Source of the DNA: Phyllobates terribilis
Lineage: Eukaryota
Direction of reading: 5' to 3'
Assembly (NCBI RefSeq): GCF_046119375.1
Contig: NW_027362763.1
Location: 740,032,001 to 740,096,000, forward strand
Length of the DNA: 64,000 bases
In this document: piece after piece, positions 47,801-61,400 of the stretch
How the letters are laid out: each line of letters starts with the position of its first letter
Numbering within the stretch: position 1 is the first letter of the stretch
Program-made: the position numbers and the translations under genes
Notes under the pieces: model-generated
What the model was told of the DNA's origin: nothing
Seen by the model: only the letters and a program-made list of their open reading frames with translations
The model's database searches: none

Positions 47801-50800
47801 GTGGCGGTGGAGCGGCGTCATATTTACGTAATTTGACAGCAGGAGTGGGGCGGTGCAAGGCAGGGGCGGAGTCCCCGCAGCGTACATGGATCTCGCGGTG
47901 GACTTCAGTAAAATAGCACCGAAGGGCGGAGCATGCGCAGATTGAGATCTCGGCTATCATTGAACCGAGATCCAAATCTGCATAAGCGCCGACACCACAA
48001 GGTCAATGTTCGCAGCAGGGACTGCGCTCCTGCCTCGCACCGCCGGAACAACCCCTCCTCCTAGCCCAGGGCCCGGCAACATCGTCCTGCTGCCAAATGA
48101 CGTAAAATGTGACCCCCGCTCCACTGCCCACCCTCCGCCCCCGGTAAGCTACATTCCGACTATAAGACACATCCCCATTTACCTCCCAAAATTTGTTGGG
48201 GGGGTGGCTTATAGTCCGAAGAGTACGGTATATTCAACCGAGAGATCCATAATAAACACGCAGTTGTTCGTCTTAAGAACAATGTTATGAAGAAGGAACT
48301 TAAGAAAAGCTCTTACCCGAGTTTCTTGACTATTTTAATGTCCCGGAGGTCAACACTGCTTGCTGTCAATGGATCGATGACTTTCATTACAGCATCCACA
48401 CTCATGGGAGCAAGCAAGCTGGAGTACTGAGAGACCACCTTATAGAAATAAAAAACGTGTAGCAGGGGTGGTGATAACTCGGCAATAAGTGTGTGTGCGT
48501 GCGTGCGTGTATACACACACGTATAAATTTCAGCAATTGTGTCCATCTCTCCTAGTAATTGCAGTCATGTCATGATGCAGCTGATGAATGATTATGAGAA
48601 TACACTGCCATGAGGGCGGATATGATATAGCTATATAGCTGCACAGCAAATGAGCATGGTCCTCATTGTAAGTCCACTTATCCTATTACTGTATAAGGAC
48701 ATCATATTGTAATGTCCCCTGTTTAAGACCCCTCCTTAGAACCAGAATGCAGAGGGGCTTTGTAGAAGCGGCTCCTCTCTTGAAGATTCAGACAATCGTT
48801 GTAGTAGGCAAAGTACCATAGGCTCCTATATAGTAATCGTGTTCTTCTGGCTAGTATGTCAGAGTGTATACGCCTAGTGGCCACAAACACGAGTCGTGTA
48901 ACCCTACGTTGTTGCTGCACTGAGAACCATCTAGTCACTGGCAGAATCCACTGTATGTCAGGGATGCCAGTATCGAGACACAGGGATGCCAGTTTTTCAA
49001 AATAGTTTTGTGTGATAAGGTAACGTAGTGCACGCAGTACACGAACAAAAATGCGCAGCTGATCTGCTGTAAAGCTCTACCAAATAAAAGGTGAAGATAC
49101 CTTGGAGTTGAGGGAAGTCGTTGCGCTGTTCAGCAAAGTTTCTCGGTCACTTAACTCCACAGGTTTGGCCATATTGCTCAGAATTTCAATTCCTCTCTCT
49201 ACAGCCAGCTGGAAGGACTCAGAAATAGTGGTGGGATGAATACCTACAAGGTGGGGAGCAAAGAAAAAACAGGATAAACTAAGACATTTCACACGGGTTA
49301 GAGCATAAATGCCCAGGATAGCTGAACTATTTCTCCCGACTCCCCCATATACAGTTATGGACGGCCAAGAGCTCCTGTATTCTCTATGAGAAAGACTGGC
49401 AGAATTATCTGATCACAACTTCTCTCAGCCGAACAAAAGGATTGTGAGATTGAATTCCATCTACGGGATCGTTATGTCTCCCAGCTGATCCCACCAATTT
49501 TTACCTAAAGTATATGGGGAACCTTAGCCTGCTGATACCAAATGTAGATGTCATTTTCTGGTATTAGGATCCTTCCAAACTGTGCCAAATTTATTAAGAG
49601 GCATGTACAAATCCGAGTCTGAGACTGCCATAGGGTGGTATTCTTAAAGAATATGGCCTGTCTGTATACTGGGGTGGTCTTCTTGAAGCTTAACAAAGGA
49701 GAATGGTTAAAAGGGTATTTTGGTCTGAAACATGTTTGACCTTCTCCACTGCAGAGATGAAAACTATATAAGGGGCCTCCAGTCTGATCAGCTAGGAGAT
49801 AGAATGAAGCGGCAAACAGAGGTGCACCCCACCAGCCTCAAGACTGTGGCCCAGCAGCAAACATCCGAGCACAACATTCTGGCAGATGGTGAGGTCCCCA
49901 GTGGAAGTACCCCACCTATCCAGGATTTATCACTAAACCAATGGCTGGTGAAAAATGCTTTAGACTGACATACCCAATTAATGCTCCAGCAATCAGATTC
50001 ATTCATTAGTGTGCTGTCTGATTGAAAACAAAAGGGAGGATTTTCCTTGGTGGGCAATCACATAATATAAGTAACACTGTCAATTCTACCTTTCTGCAGC
50101 AGCTTAGAACAGGCATCCAGGAGAGCACCAGCAATGACCACCACAGAGGTGGTGCCATCTCCAGCTTCGATATCTTGAGCTTTGGACAATTCAACCAACT
50201 GGAAGAAGAAAAATAAAGAATACATGAAAAAGAGCAAAGATATAAACACAAGGTGCTAGTAGTAAGAGTAGACCCATGCCATAGCCCTACAGGTTAAAGG
50301 AGCAGCATAGCCGGCACTTACCCCAGACTCAAGATGTAAATGTTAATTTACAGGTCATTTAACCATCTATGTTACAAGGCAGCTGCCGGTCTCTACAGCT
50401 CAGGGAACACTACAGGCCTCTCGAATCTCAGATCAGACGTAATACCGTCTGAGATACATGAGATCTACCGTGCATGAGATCTTAAGCTGGACATACACAT
50501 AGGACTAATCTTGGTTAAACCCACCGATTTGACAGCAGGTCGATCAGGATACTGGACAACAACATGCTCAGGAGAGATAAAACATCTCCTTAGGTGTCCA
50601 GTAGCGGCTTTTGCTTCTCAGACAACATGGATGCTCAGCTGAGTCAAGAAGGCGCGTGTATGAGTCCTGTGGGCGGCACTACTAGTGATGGACAACTCTG
50701 TACATGCACAGCCATAGTGAAGACTATCACTCACTTAGTAGGACCGCCACTGGATTCTTATGCAAACATCAGGGATATCAATGAACACAATGCAAGATTT

Positions 50801-51372
50801 ACTAATACTTTTCCCAAAACAATGTCCATCAATCTGTCCAGCTTCTCCTGCAGATCAGCTACCAGATTCAATGACAGGTTTCCTTTAAGGCCTCATTTTT
50901 CTCGTATGCAAAGATAGTCACTATGGCGAGTTTGATCAATGACTCGGATCAAAATCAGAGATGTCTGTGTGCAGACATGTGAACACGCACAAGTTAAATC
51001 CATGAAAAACTAAATGAATGAATGAGGCCTTACTTGTAAAATTACTAGATAGTAAAGCAAAGTTTCATCATCAAAACCACAAGGTTGGAGGCTATGTGCC
51101 CACGAGGCAGAAATGAAGCAGAAATTTTCCTGAGCATTTCTGCATCTCCTTCGCAGAAAAAAAACACATGCAAATTTTTCATGCGTTTTTTCTGCCAATT
51201 TTTCATGCGTTTAAGCGTTTTTGCATGCATTTTGAGCATCACTTGGAAAAGTGCTTGACAAGTTGGTTACACAATAAAAATCCATGCAACCGGCATGGAT
51301 TTATATTGTGTGATAAACTTATGCAGCTTTAAATGTAGCATCAATAGTAAAAAAAAGAATTAAAACGGAAAA

Positions 51373-51403
<31 letters not shown>

Positions 51404-53179
51404 CTCTGGTGGCCCCCGGTGTTCTGAAAGGACCTGCGCTGATGTCATTTAGTCATGTGATGGCCACGTGACCTGTCAGTGACTAAATGACATCAGCGCA
51501 GGTCCTTTCAGAACACCACGAGACGCCGAGGACAGAGGACGCCACCGGAGAAGGAGACCGGGGGCCGCCGGAGAGGTAAGTATAATGTTTTTTTTATTTT
51601 TTACGTTTTAATTCTTTTTTTACTAATGGTACCCGGGTCTGGAGGAGAGTCTCCTCTTCTCTAGACCCAGGTACCATCTGCACATTTAACCCCATAACAT
51701 CCGCATGTATACATGCGGATATTATGCGGTTCAATGCAAGTCAATGGCGGCGATTTTGCAGCGTTTACGCGCAAGAAATGTTTGTGCTGCTGATTTCTCC
51801 GCAATGATAATCTGCAGCAGAAATTTCCGCATGTGCACAGCGGATTATCATTGGGAAACATGGCAGACAACTTGACAAGCGTTTTTAATGCGTTTTCGCC
51901 GCGGAAAGGGATTAAATCTGCATCGTGGGCACACAGCCTTACAGTTAAAAAAAAAAAAAAAAAAAACTCAGGGACAGCTCCATTTAGACTTAGGATGAAT
52001 TCCATGTTTTTTCTGCCGCATTAATTAGGGAACTCTCACCTGTGAAGACTTTTGATCACAGAAAATGCTACAATAAACCCCTTCCATGCTCACTAACACT
52101 CACCATCTTTGCGGCCGGGTGCAGGACTTGCATCTGTTTCAGGATCGTCGCCCCATCGTTGGTGATGGTCACGTCTCCTTTCCCATCTTGAATCTTCAGT
52201 TACAGGAGAGGAAATAACATCAATTACCATGTCATGTGCAACCAGTCACCACTCAGCCATCACACACCGGTGTCTCACCATCTTGTCCATGCCTTTAGGT
52301 CCCAGGCTTGTCCTGACGGCATCAGCAACAGCTACAACAACAGGGAACAATTCAGAAACCCGATCTGTTCACACCCCAACGTCTCCCGCACCAGTGTGTG
52401 GATATGGCTGCTGGTGACTTGTTATGGGGGTACATAGCACTCTGGTAGCAGACTACTATCAAGACGGATGTGCTGTGTGTGGGGGGGCAACTTTGCCCTA
52501 ATTTGGAGTTGTCAGCAGTGGTGGGCAGTCCCGGCAGCCATGTGTGTAAGTGTCTGGGCTGTGATACACTGGTCCCCACTAAGATGCCGGACACAGACGT
52601 GTATATAACCAGTGATATTATAGTCAGTATCACCCAGTGAGGAGCTGTAAGGAATGGAAGATACTGTGTATTATATAGCACCAACACATTCCACAGAGCT
52701 GTACAGAGACTCACCCCCTAAATGCAGTGCAGCGGCCCGGGACCGCCCGCGCCCCCCAATATGCAGCGCAGCGGTCCAGGACCCCACCATACGCAGCGCC
52801 ACATTTGCAGCCCCAGAGGAGCACATGCCACACCTAATGCACAGACATAACAGGAACCACAAGTCACAGCAATCCCTCCATCGGTGCTCTGCACTCCCTG
52901 TACAGGCTCCTATTCTGATCTTACACTACATCTCCCAGCATGCCGTTACACACCGCTGCAGACGTTGCATGCTGGGAGCTGTAGTTCCAGATCGCCAGAG
53001 AGGCCCCTCGGCTTACACATCGTGCACCGGGCCGCTCCCTCACCTTTCCCGGCGGAGATGTTGCTGAAGCGGATCTGGGAGGGCTTGTCCCGGTCCTGGT
53101 AGGCTCCCTTCTTCTTGCTGGCTCCGGCGCTCCCTCCCGGTGCCGCCGCCATGGCTTTAGGCGCGGAGTTATCCGGCAT
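41852..53179 (-). CDS. CCT4: T-complex protein 1 subunit delta (CCT/TRiC chaperonin), complete, 14 exons, 542 aa
   Basis: Exons (minus): 53179-53044, 52331-52279, 52193-52104, 50198-50090, 49243-49101, 48438-48317, 47590-47458, 47315-47176, 46950-46854, 46763-46653, 46579-46449, 43679-43445, 43351-43238, 41866-41852. Sum 1629 nt, all GT-AG and in frame. Chaperonin motifs [34 protein letters not shown]; C-terminus KIDDVVNTR*. Confidence 0.98.
45808..46097. mobile_element. Penelope-like-element-derived inverted repeat with degenerate minimal hammerhead motifs
   Basis: Arms of about 45808-45897 and 46003-46097 are reverse complements, centred on aggacaaaccac-tgt-gtggtttatcct. CTGATGA...GAAAC on plus; CTGACGA...AAACGCGTC and CTTATGA...GAAACGCGTT on minus. 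Confidence 0.6.
47652..48228. mobile_element. Tc1/mariner (pogo/Tigger-like) non-autonomous element in CCT4 intron 6
   Basis: TA TSD; termini ccgtatttttcaaactata / tatagtccgaagagtacgg. Confidence 0.7.
51090..51938. mobile_element. MITE, about 850-bp family, in CCT4 intron 3
   Basis: ggctatgtgcccacga / tcgtgggcacacagcc termini; collinear, inverted, with 21225-22092. Confidence 0.75.
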
Positions 53180-53420
53180 GATGTGACGGACGGGGTCTGC
53201 GGGTGCTGTGCGGGGACGTGTAGGCCCGGGAGCGGCTCACTGACGGGAGGATGACGGCGGATTCTGGGGGCGCAGCTGTCACTCCCGGAGCGTGAAGCTT
53301 CCAGAACAAAACACCGGTTGGAGGCGGGGCCGAGGGGGCGTCAGGGCGGCCTCAGTGCGTGATGACGTCATAGGGCGCATGGGACGCGCCTGTCTGAATG
53401 TCTGGTTACGGATTGTGGCT
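53180..53420 (-). promoter_or_regulatory. CpG-island 5'UTR/promoter of CCT4
   Basis: GC/CpG-rich segment directly upstream of the CCT4 ATG, with GC boxes (ggcggggc) and a CRE (tgatgacgtcat, about 53360-53371). Confidence 0.65.
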
Positions 53421-53629
53421 GCTGTGTGCCCGGCTGGGACTTGTATCGTGATACTGATGAGTTTATAAAATGCAACATTCATTCCCCCTAACGACAGTGG
53501 AAATGATTTGCTGAGCTCCACAGCAATGCAACTTTTTGACCTATGTTGGTGCGGCGCTGGGACAAACGGTGCGACCCCCAGCAGAACAGGGCCCTTTTAG
53601 CTCCATTACAGTGGAGCTGCAGTGCGCAT

Positions 53630-56355
53630 GCTCGACCATCGCTCCATTCATTCCCTATGATGCTGCAGAGTGCTGCGCTCGATCACCGCTCCATTCATTC
53701 CCTATGGGGCTGCAGAGCGCTGCGCTCGATCACCGCTCCATTCATTCCCTATGGTGCTGCAGAGCGCTGCGCTGGATCACAACTCCATTCATTCCCTATG
53801 GGGCTGCAGAGCGCTGCGCTCAGCCACAGCTCCATTCATTCCCTATGGGGCTGCAGCGCGCTGCGCTCGATCACCGCTCCATTCATTCCCTATGGTGCTG
53901 CAGAGCGCTGCGCTCAGCCACAGCTCCATTCATTCCCTATGGGGCTGCAGCGCGCTGCGCTCGATCACCGCTCCATTCATTCCCTATGGTGCTGCAGAGC
54001 GCTGCGCTCGATCACCGCTCCATTCATTCCCTATGGGGCTGCAGCGCGCTGCGCTCGATCACCGCTCCATTCATTCCCTATGGTGCTGCAGAGCGCTGCG
54101 CTCGATCACCGCTCCATTCATTCCCTATGATGCTGCCGAGCACTGCGCTCGATCACCGCTCCATTCATTCCCTATGATGCTGCCGAGCACTGCGCTCGAT
54201 CACCGCTCCATTCATTCCCTATGGTGCTGCCGAGCACTGCGCTCGATCACCGCTCCATTCATTCCCTATGATGCTGCCGAGCACTGCGCTCGATCACCGC
54301 TCCATTCATTCCCTATGGTGCTGCAGAGCACTGCGCTCGATCACCGCTCCATTCATTCCCTATGGTGCTGCAGAGCACTGCGCTCGATCACCGCTCCATT
54401 CATTCCCTATGGGGCTGCAGAGCACTGCGCTCGATCACCGCTCCATTCATTCCCTATGGTGCTGCAGAGCACTGCGCTCGATCACCGCTCCATTCATTCC
54501 CTATGGGGCTGAAGAGCGCTGCGCTCGATCACCGCTCCATTTATTCCCTATGGTGCTGCAGAGTGCTGCGCTCGATCACCGCTCCATTCATTCCCTATGT
54601 TGCTGCAGAGCGCTGCGCTCGATCACCGCTCCATTCATTCCCTATGGGGCTGCAGAGTGCTGCGCTCGATCACCGTTCCATTCATTCCCTATGGGGCTGC
54701 CGAGCACTGTGCTCGATCACTGCTCCATTCACTCCCTATGGTGCTGCAGAGCGCTGCACTCGATCACCGCTCCATTCATTCCCTATGATGCTGCAGAGTG
54801 CTGCGCTCAATCACAGCTCCATTCATTTCCTATGGGGCTGCAGAGTGCTGCGCTCGATCACCGTTCCATTCATTCCCTATGGGGCTGCAGCGCGCTGCGC
54901 TCGATCACCGCTCCATTCATTCCCTATGGTGCTGCAGAGTGCTGCGCTCGATCACCGCTCCATTCATTCCCTATGGTGCTGCAGAGCGCTTCGCTTGATC
55001 ACCGCTCCATTCATTCCCTATGGTGCTGGAGAGCGCTGCGCTCGATCACCGCTCCATTCATTCCCTATGGGGCTGCAGAGTGCTGCGCTCGATCACCGTT
55101 CCATTCATTCCCTATGGGGCTGCCGAGCACTGTGCTCGATCACCGCTCCATTCACTCCCTATGGTGCTGCAGAGCGCTGCACTCGATCACCGCTCCATTC
55201 ATTCCCTATGATGCTGCAGAGTGCTGCGCTCAATCACAGCTCCATTCATTTCCTATGGGGCTGCAGAGTGCTGCGCTCGATCACCGTTCCATTCATTCCC
55301 TATGGGGCTGCAGCGCGCTGCGCTCGATCACCACTCCATTCATTCCCTATGGTGCTGCAGAGTGCTGCGCTCGATCACCGCTCCATTCATTCCCTATGGT
55401 GCTGCAGAGCGCTTCGCTCGATCACCGCTCCATTCATTCCCTATGGTGCTGGAGAGTGCTGCGCTCGATCACCGCTCCATTCATTCCCTATGGGGCTGCA
55501 GAGTGCTGCGTTCGATCACCGTTCCATTCATTCCCTATGGGGCTGCCGAGCACTGCGCTCGATCACCGCTCCATTCATTCCCTATGGTGCTGCAGAGCGC
55601 TGCACTCGATCACCGCTCCATTCATTCCCTATGATGCTGCAGAGTGCTGCGCTCAATCACAGCTCCATTCATTCCCTATGGGGCTGCAGAGTGCTGTGCT
55701 CGATCACCGTTCCATTCATTCTCTATGGGGCTGCAGCGCGCTGCGCTCGATCACCGCTCCATTCATTCCCTATGGTGCTGCCGAGCACTGCACTCGATCA
55801 CCGCTCCATTCATTCCCTATGGTGCTGCAGAGCGCTTCGCTCGATCACCGCTCCATTCATTCCCTATGGTGCTGGAGAGCGCTGCACTCGATCACCGCTC
55901 CATTCATTCCCTATGGTGCTGCAGAGCACTTCGCTCGATCACCGCTCCATTCATTCCCTATGGTGCTGCTGAGCGCTGCGCTCGATCACCGCTCCAATCA
56001 TTCCCTATGGTGCTGCTGAGCACTGCGCTCGATCACCGCTCCATTCATTCCCTATGGTGCTGCAGAGCACTGCTATCGATCACCGCTCCATTCATTCCCT
56101 ATGATGCTGCTGAGCACTGCGCTCGACCACCGCTCCATTCATTCCCTATGGTGCTGCAGAGCACTGCTATCGATCACCGCTCCATTCATTCCCTATGTTG
56201 CTGCAGAGCGCTGCCCTCGACCACCGCTCCATTCATTCCCTATGGTGCTGCAGAGCGCTGCCCTCGACCACCGCTCCATTCATTCCCTATGGTGCTGCAG
56301 AGCGCTGCCCTCGACCACCGCTCCATTCATTCCCTATGGTGCTGCAGAGTGCTGC
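53630..56355. repeat. 47-bp tandem satellite (about 58 units) between CCT4 and COMMD1
   Basis: Unit gctgcgctcgatcaccgctccattcattccctatggtgctgcagagc, with a 423-bp (9-unit) higher-order period in the middle. Confidence 0.97.
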
Positions 56356-56769
56356 ATTTGGGTGTTTCGGGCCGGCCCATAGAGGATGCCTGGAGCCGTG
56401 ATCGGGCGTCTGACCTTCTCCATTCTGTAATGGGATAAATGTTCCTCGTTCTGCCGATCGGCGCAGGTTCCAGCGCTCAGACCCCACTGATCAGTCGGTT
56501 GTCACCCGTCCTGCAGATAGACATGGCGATCACATCTCAGCCAAGAACCGCGGCCTCCAGGGGACACTAGATGTCACACAGTCCATTACACAATTGCTCC
56601 TGGGCACGATGTGAACACCATGTCTGTCCTTCTGCTTAAGCTGAGTTCACATGATGCGACTGCAGTAGAACCGCATCATTTTTTACACAATTTTGAAAAT
56701 TATGCATTTTCTGTCTGTGGTTTTTTAATAAGCTATCCAGAAAAAATAAGTAGTCAAGTTGGCAACCCT

Positions 56770-57250
56770 GGGCAGGACCTGAAGTCCCTCCAGTTGGCAC
56801 AGGTAGTCCAGCTCCTCCATGATGGCACATCTATACGTGCTTGTGTAAGGTCTGCTGTGTATTGCACAAGTCTCAAGGGCAGAGAGCCGATACCAGGACA
56901 TGAGTCGTTATACCAGGGTCGGACAGGACAATAGAAGGGCGCTAACCCAAGAGAGGACCAATATCTACGCCTATCAGCGAGGAGGAGCAGTGCCAGAGCC
57001 CAACAAAATGAACGTCAGCGAGCTACCAGTGTGCATATATATATATGTCACGGAGGTGACCTTGATTTGCAGTAGTGGGACCACAGCTTACAGCCCAGCA
57101 CTGAGCAGCTCAATCAGCATTTCCCAGAGAACACAAGAATCGGCAGGTCTGCCATTAGCTCACTGTTCTCTTCAAAGATGAGAGTAAGGTCACACTGAGC
57201 ACATGACAAGTGGTGAATGTTATACTGCCTGCAACATCATTTAGCAGACT
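56770..57250 (+). pseudogene. Degenerate Tc1 transposase fragment (N-terminal part)
   Basis: LAQVVQLLHDGTSIRA resembles a Tc1 paired-like HTH start; tgttctcttcaaagatgagagt reads as a VLFxDES first-Asp motif; multiple frameshifts. Confidence 0.55.
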
Positions 57251-57274
57251 TGGTGACGGTGGTCAAAATGTACC

Positions 57275-57665
57275 GTGGGGGCATCATATTTTGTGTGAGA
57301 GGCAGAGGAGGCATCATACTGTGTTTTGGGGTACTGTGGGGGCATCATACTGTGTGTAAGGGTTAGAGAGGAATACTACTGTGTTTGGGGGTAATGCGGG
57401 GGCATCATACTGTGTGTGACGGCTGTGGTGACACTATGGGAACACATTTTACTGTTTGGGGTCACTATGGGGGCATCATACTGTGTGTGAGGGTTAGTGG
57501 GTAATTCTGTGTTGGGGTACAGTGGAGGCTATACTGTGTGTGAGGGTTAGTGGGGAATGCTACTGTATTTGGGGGTACTTTGGGGGCATCATACTTTATG
57601 TGAGGTAATGGCGGCACTGTGGGAACACATCTTACTGTTTGGGGGGCATCATGCTGTGTGGGGGG
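57275..57665. repeat. Degenerate G-rich minisatellite
   Basis: Recurrent gggggcatcatactgtgtg(tg) motif with variable spacers. Confidence 0.7.
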
Positions 57666-58119
57666 GCTTTGTGGAGACATTATACAGTGTGGTGGGCAAT
57701 GAAATTGCGTTGTACAGTGTGAGAACACTAATGGGCTTCACGGGGAGCAGTATTTCTGCACGAGCACATATAAAGCACTGGGTGAGGTTAGGGAAGTGGC
57801 TCAGTGTAGGATACAATGGTGATGGTGTGTAGCAGCGCTCAGTGTGAGGCCTTTGTTACCATCTTTCAGTGTTTGGGTGTACGTGTACATATAATATTAT
57901 ATCTGTCAGGGTGTTTAGCAAGTTTTCCTGTGTGCAGCTTCCTGCAAAGAAAAACTGGCGCAGTTGCCATTAGCAACCAGTCACACTAATACTTTACATC
58001 TTTGAAAATCAGTCCTGTGACATCATTGGCTGCTGTCAGCATCTCCCCGTGTTGTTTTCGTGCTCCAGCAGTGATAGAAGATTATTAGCCTGTCAGTGAC
58101 CACTATACAGCCAGCTACA

Positions 58120-58238
58120 GAAAGGCCCCGGAGTCGTTTGCCAACCAACACATGGCTGCCCCACATCCCGCCGTGCTTCCGCCATCCATCAGAGTCACAT
58201 GACTTTGCTGCTGCCGGTCACGTGTCGGCGCTGCTGTC
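58120..58238 (+). promoter_or_regulatory. Proximal promoter/5'UTR of COMMD1
   Basis: CpG-rich, with E-box-like GTCACATGAC (58194-58203) and GTCACGTGTC (58217-58226) just upstream of the ATG at 58239. Confidence 0.55.
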
Positions 58239-58412
58239 ATGGCTGATGCAGAGAGCAGTAAAGCCCTGAGCGGGCTGCTGAATGGCATCTCCCAGAGGAG
58301 GTACTATGGGAACACGGAGATAACGGACGAGCTGCTGCAGACGGAGCTGTACCCGGAGCTGCCGCCCGACCAGTTCAGAGTCCTGCACGACAAGATGCAA
58401 GGCATCATCAAG
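58239..58412 (+). CDS. COMMD1: COMM domain-containing protein 1, coding exon 1 (partial; later exons not recognised in window)
   Basis: MADAESSKALSGLLNGISQRRYYGNTEITDELLQTELYPELPPDQFRVLHDKMQGIIK|gtacgc resembles the recalled COMMD1 exon 1 (KPLSGLLNALAQ...ITEELLRSQLYPEVPPEEFR...KMRGILK). Head-to-head with CCT4, as in mammals. Confidence 0.93.
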
Positions 58413-61400
58413 GTACGCGGATAATGGTGGAGCCGGGAGAAACCACTGCGGGAGGGGAGTCGCTTCTATTCGTCTGATACCCATACACATTGCCGCGGAT
58501 TTTCATAGTGCAGAAAGTGATATCTGTGGCAGATCTGCAACCAAATCTACAAAATAATAGTGGACAGCGGGACACATCTGCGGGGAATCTCTGAGGCTGA
58601 CAACTGAGATTTAACCCCTTAATGCAGTATTATATAGATGTATGTCAGTGCCGCGGTCACCGTGTGAACAGGGCTCAGCCTCTACACACAGTTAATACCC
58701 GCAACGTTACCCAGGCGCAGCTGAGATCCAATCGCTGCTGTTAACCATTTAGTTGCTGCTGTCAATCTCTTACAGCGTGTTTATTTTGTGCGGTTGCTAA
58801 TACTCAGGCGTACCGGCTTACATCGGCCCCTGCGCGATGCACCAGTGGATTACCATAACAGCCAGGGACCTGCTGAGGGCCCCATCACTGCCATCTTGGT
58901 CCTCCTGTGAAGCTCAGGCCGAGCGTCCTAGGAGACCACGCTCTTCACTATATGCTGTAATACTGGGGTGTTGCTGCATATAATATAAGCGATGGAATGA
59001 TCACAGGTTATAAGTCCGCTGGTAGTACTGCAAAATAGAGTTGAGAAGATAAAAACGAAACATTAAAAAAATGAAATCTCCCCTTATTAAAGGGAACCTG
59101 TCAGCAGTTTTTTTGCTTATGAACCCTGCCCATCACCTTTAAGATCATGTGACTGGGGTTCCTACAACTCTTTTATGTCCTCAGAGGAGCCCCTGCATAC
59201 CTCTGAAAATATGTCTTCTACTTGTCCCGCGCTGTATATAAACTGTGCAGTCCGGTCCGATGGGCAAATCCAGAGTGCGATCAGCGCCGCCTCTTCTCTC
59301 TGGATGTAAGTGAATCACGTCTACACCATCGTGAAGAGGCCTCCATAGCGGGACATGAAAGTGTCATTGCAGCCCATTGCACAGTAACACCAGTCCGCAT
59401 GATGCTCGTCCTACTGTGAGCTGCCTGTGTGGCCTAAACGCGCTACCATAGCCTGCAGCGTCTGCGGACTTGTCTCCTGTCCTGCTGAGCATATTGTGGC
59501 CATCACTGGTTGGCAAAAGGAGCTGCCATCTGCTGATCTTGATGATTTGCCCTAGTGCACTCAGTGCGGCAGAACATTCCTCAGACAACCATTAATAACC
59601 TCATTGATAGTGGTGAAGGTGTGCAAATGCGTTGGATTACTTTGTTCCACTAATTTATGCCTTATTTTGGCACAATAGGCTGCACGAGAGGCCATATACT
59701 TATGTCTAGTGTCACTGAAATAAGTGTCTAAAACATATAATTGTGGTGCACGGCATGTAAGACCAATTTGGCATGCAAATTTAACCAAAATTCTGACGCG
59801 TTTTGCTTTCTAAATCTGCCTGAATGTCGCCACTCACAGAGATCTGATCACATCTGACTTTTAATTTCTTGCTTGGATCCGGTGACTCCTGTGGTCGCCT
59901 TCACCCCGTGTGATCCCTGTTGCGTCTCTCTGAGCCATGGCTTCTATCACCCAGGCAGCTACCTCTTTCCAGACTGTCTGAGAACAGTGATTGGTGACAT
60001 TTGTCTTAGCTAAAGAAAAACTGCTAGAAGACGACGGTTAGAGGGAAAATTTAAATTCTCAACTAAACGTGCAAATGTGCTCCCTCCCTCTCCCCCCCCA
60101 CCCCCCCCAAAAAAAAAAAGCAAACTGTCAGTGGCACCCCCTTGGCTAGTATGACCGGTCATGTCACTAGTCTCTCTCCCAGAGGGTAGGAATACAATTT
60201 TCAGCTTTTTTTTCCATGCAGCATTGTCAATAAGACTTCATACCTGGATGGTTTCCTTAGTGAGAGTCAGTACCACCCAAAACAGCTATTGTTGCTTAAA
60301 AACTTGAACGTGTACTAAATTAAAGGGTTGTTCACCTTTCGGGACTATTTATTTTTCTTACTTAATTGCATGTATTTTTGCTATTGAAAGTGTTGTACAG
60401 GTTGCCTCCTGTAGCGTCTGTGTTGCTCGCTCCAGAAAGAGTCACCTGAGAGACCATCAGCGAGCTGGTTCTGACGGTCCAACGGCAGACTTTCTAACTC
60501 TCTTACTTTTTTTTTTTTTGTTGTTTAAGCAATTGCGATTTATGACCACAGTCCATATCAAAGTTAAATATTCAGGGAAGCTAAGAACCTGTAAGAGCCA
60601 ACAATGTAAAACTTTTTAATAATGCCAAATTGAAAAACGTATGTTTTGCCCCAAATACAGGCATTTAAGTAAAAAAATAAATAATGAATTCCTTCCCGAT
60701 GCGGCCAGCCCCATGTTTAAATTATCTGATTTTTGACTATGCACATTTAGCTTTGCAGATGGTGATGGACGGGATGGGCAACAAACACTATTGGTAGATT
60801 ATGAACCCCACCAGGGACCCTTGTGAGAGATTGTCATATGTATACAGAGCTGCAGAAAAAGATGGCGTCCTACTGTGACTACAGAAGAAAGAATGGGCGC
60901 AGGAGGCGATGCTACTTGTCACGGGATACAATGGCGTTGACTCCACCAGGAGTAATTTAGGGGAATACTGACCTGTCTGCTGCAGGGGGCTCCGGCGCTC
61001 CATTACCTTCTGCACAATATGTTGACGCTGTGCACATAATGCCATTGCGTGACAATAAGTGTCACCAACCTTTTTTGCTTCTTAAAGGAGTCTGCGCCTT
61101 CTGTCTTTAGAAGATATTATCCATGTCAGGTTGTTGAGGGTCCAATACTCGGCACCTCCACCGATCAGCTGTTACCGGGTCCCATGGCGGCTGGAAGTAC
61201 GGCGTACAGAGCCTGTACAGCACGTCTCCGGACACCATGCCATACTGGACATCTACACATTGACAGGTGCACTTAGTTTATGGACATGCCATAAATGTTA
61301 CCCCGCTGTAGCAATGATGTGCTGTACATCCAGATGACCACTGCAGCCAATCCCTGCTTTTGTGGTTTAATCTTTCTGATAATATTGCCACATAGACCTT

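Noticed and set aside
53536-56438. Many long ORFs (up to 583 aa) with Cys/His/Pro-rich repeats
   Set aside because: Translations of the 47-bp satellite; the unit is not a multiple of 3, so the same peptide cycles through all frames. No splice or homology support.
60770-61030. Coding-looking stretch after a ttgcag acceptor (RDPCERLSYVY...KKEWAQEAMLL), considered as COMMD1 exon 2
   Set aside because: No resemblance to COMMD1 exon 2 (SIASADMDFNQLEAF...), with stops in all frames; origin unassigned without BLASTx.
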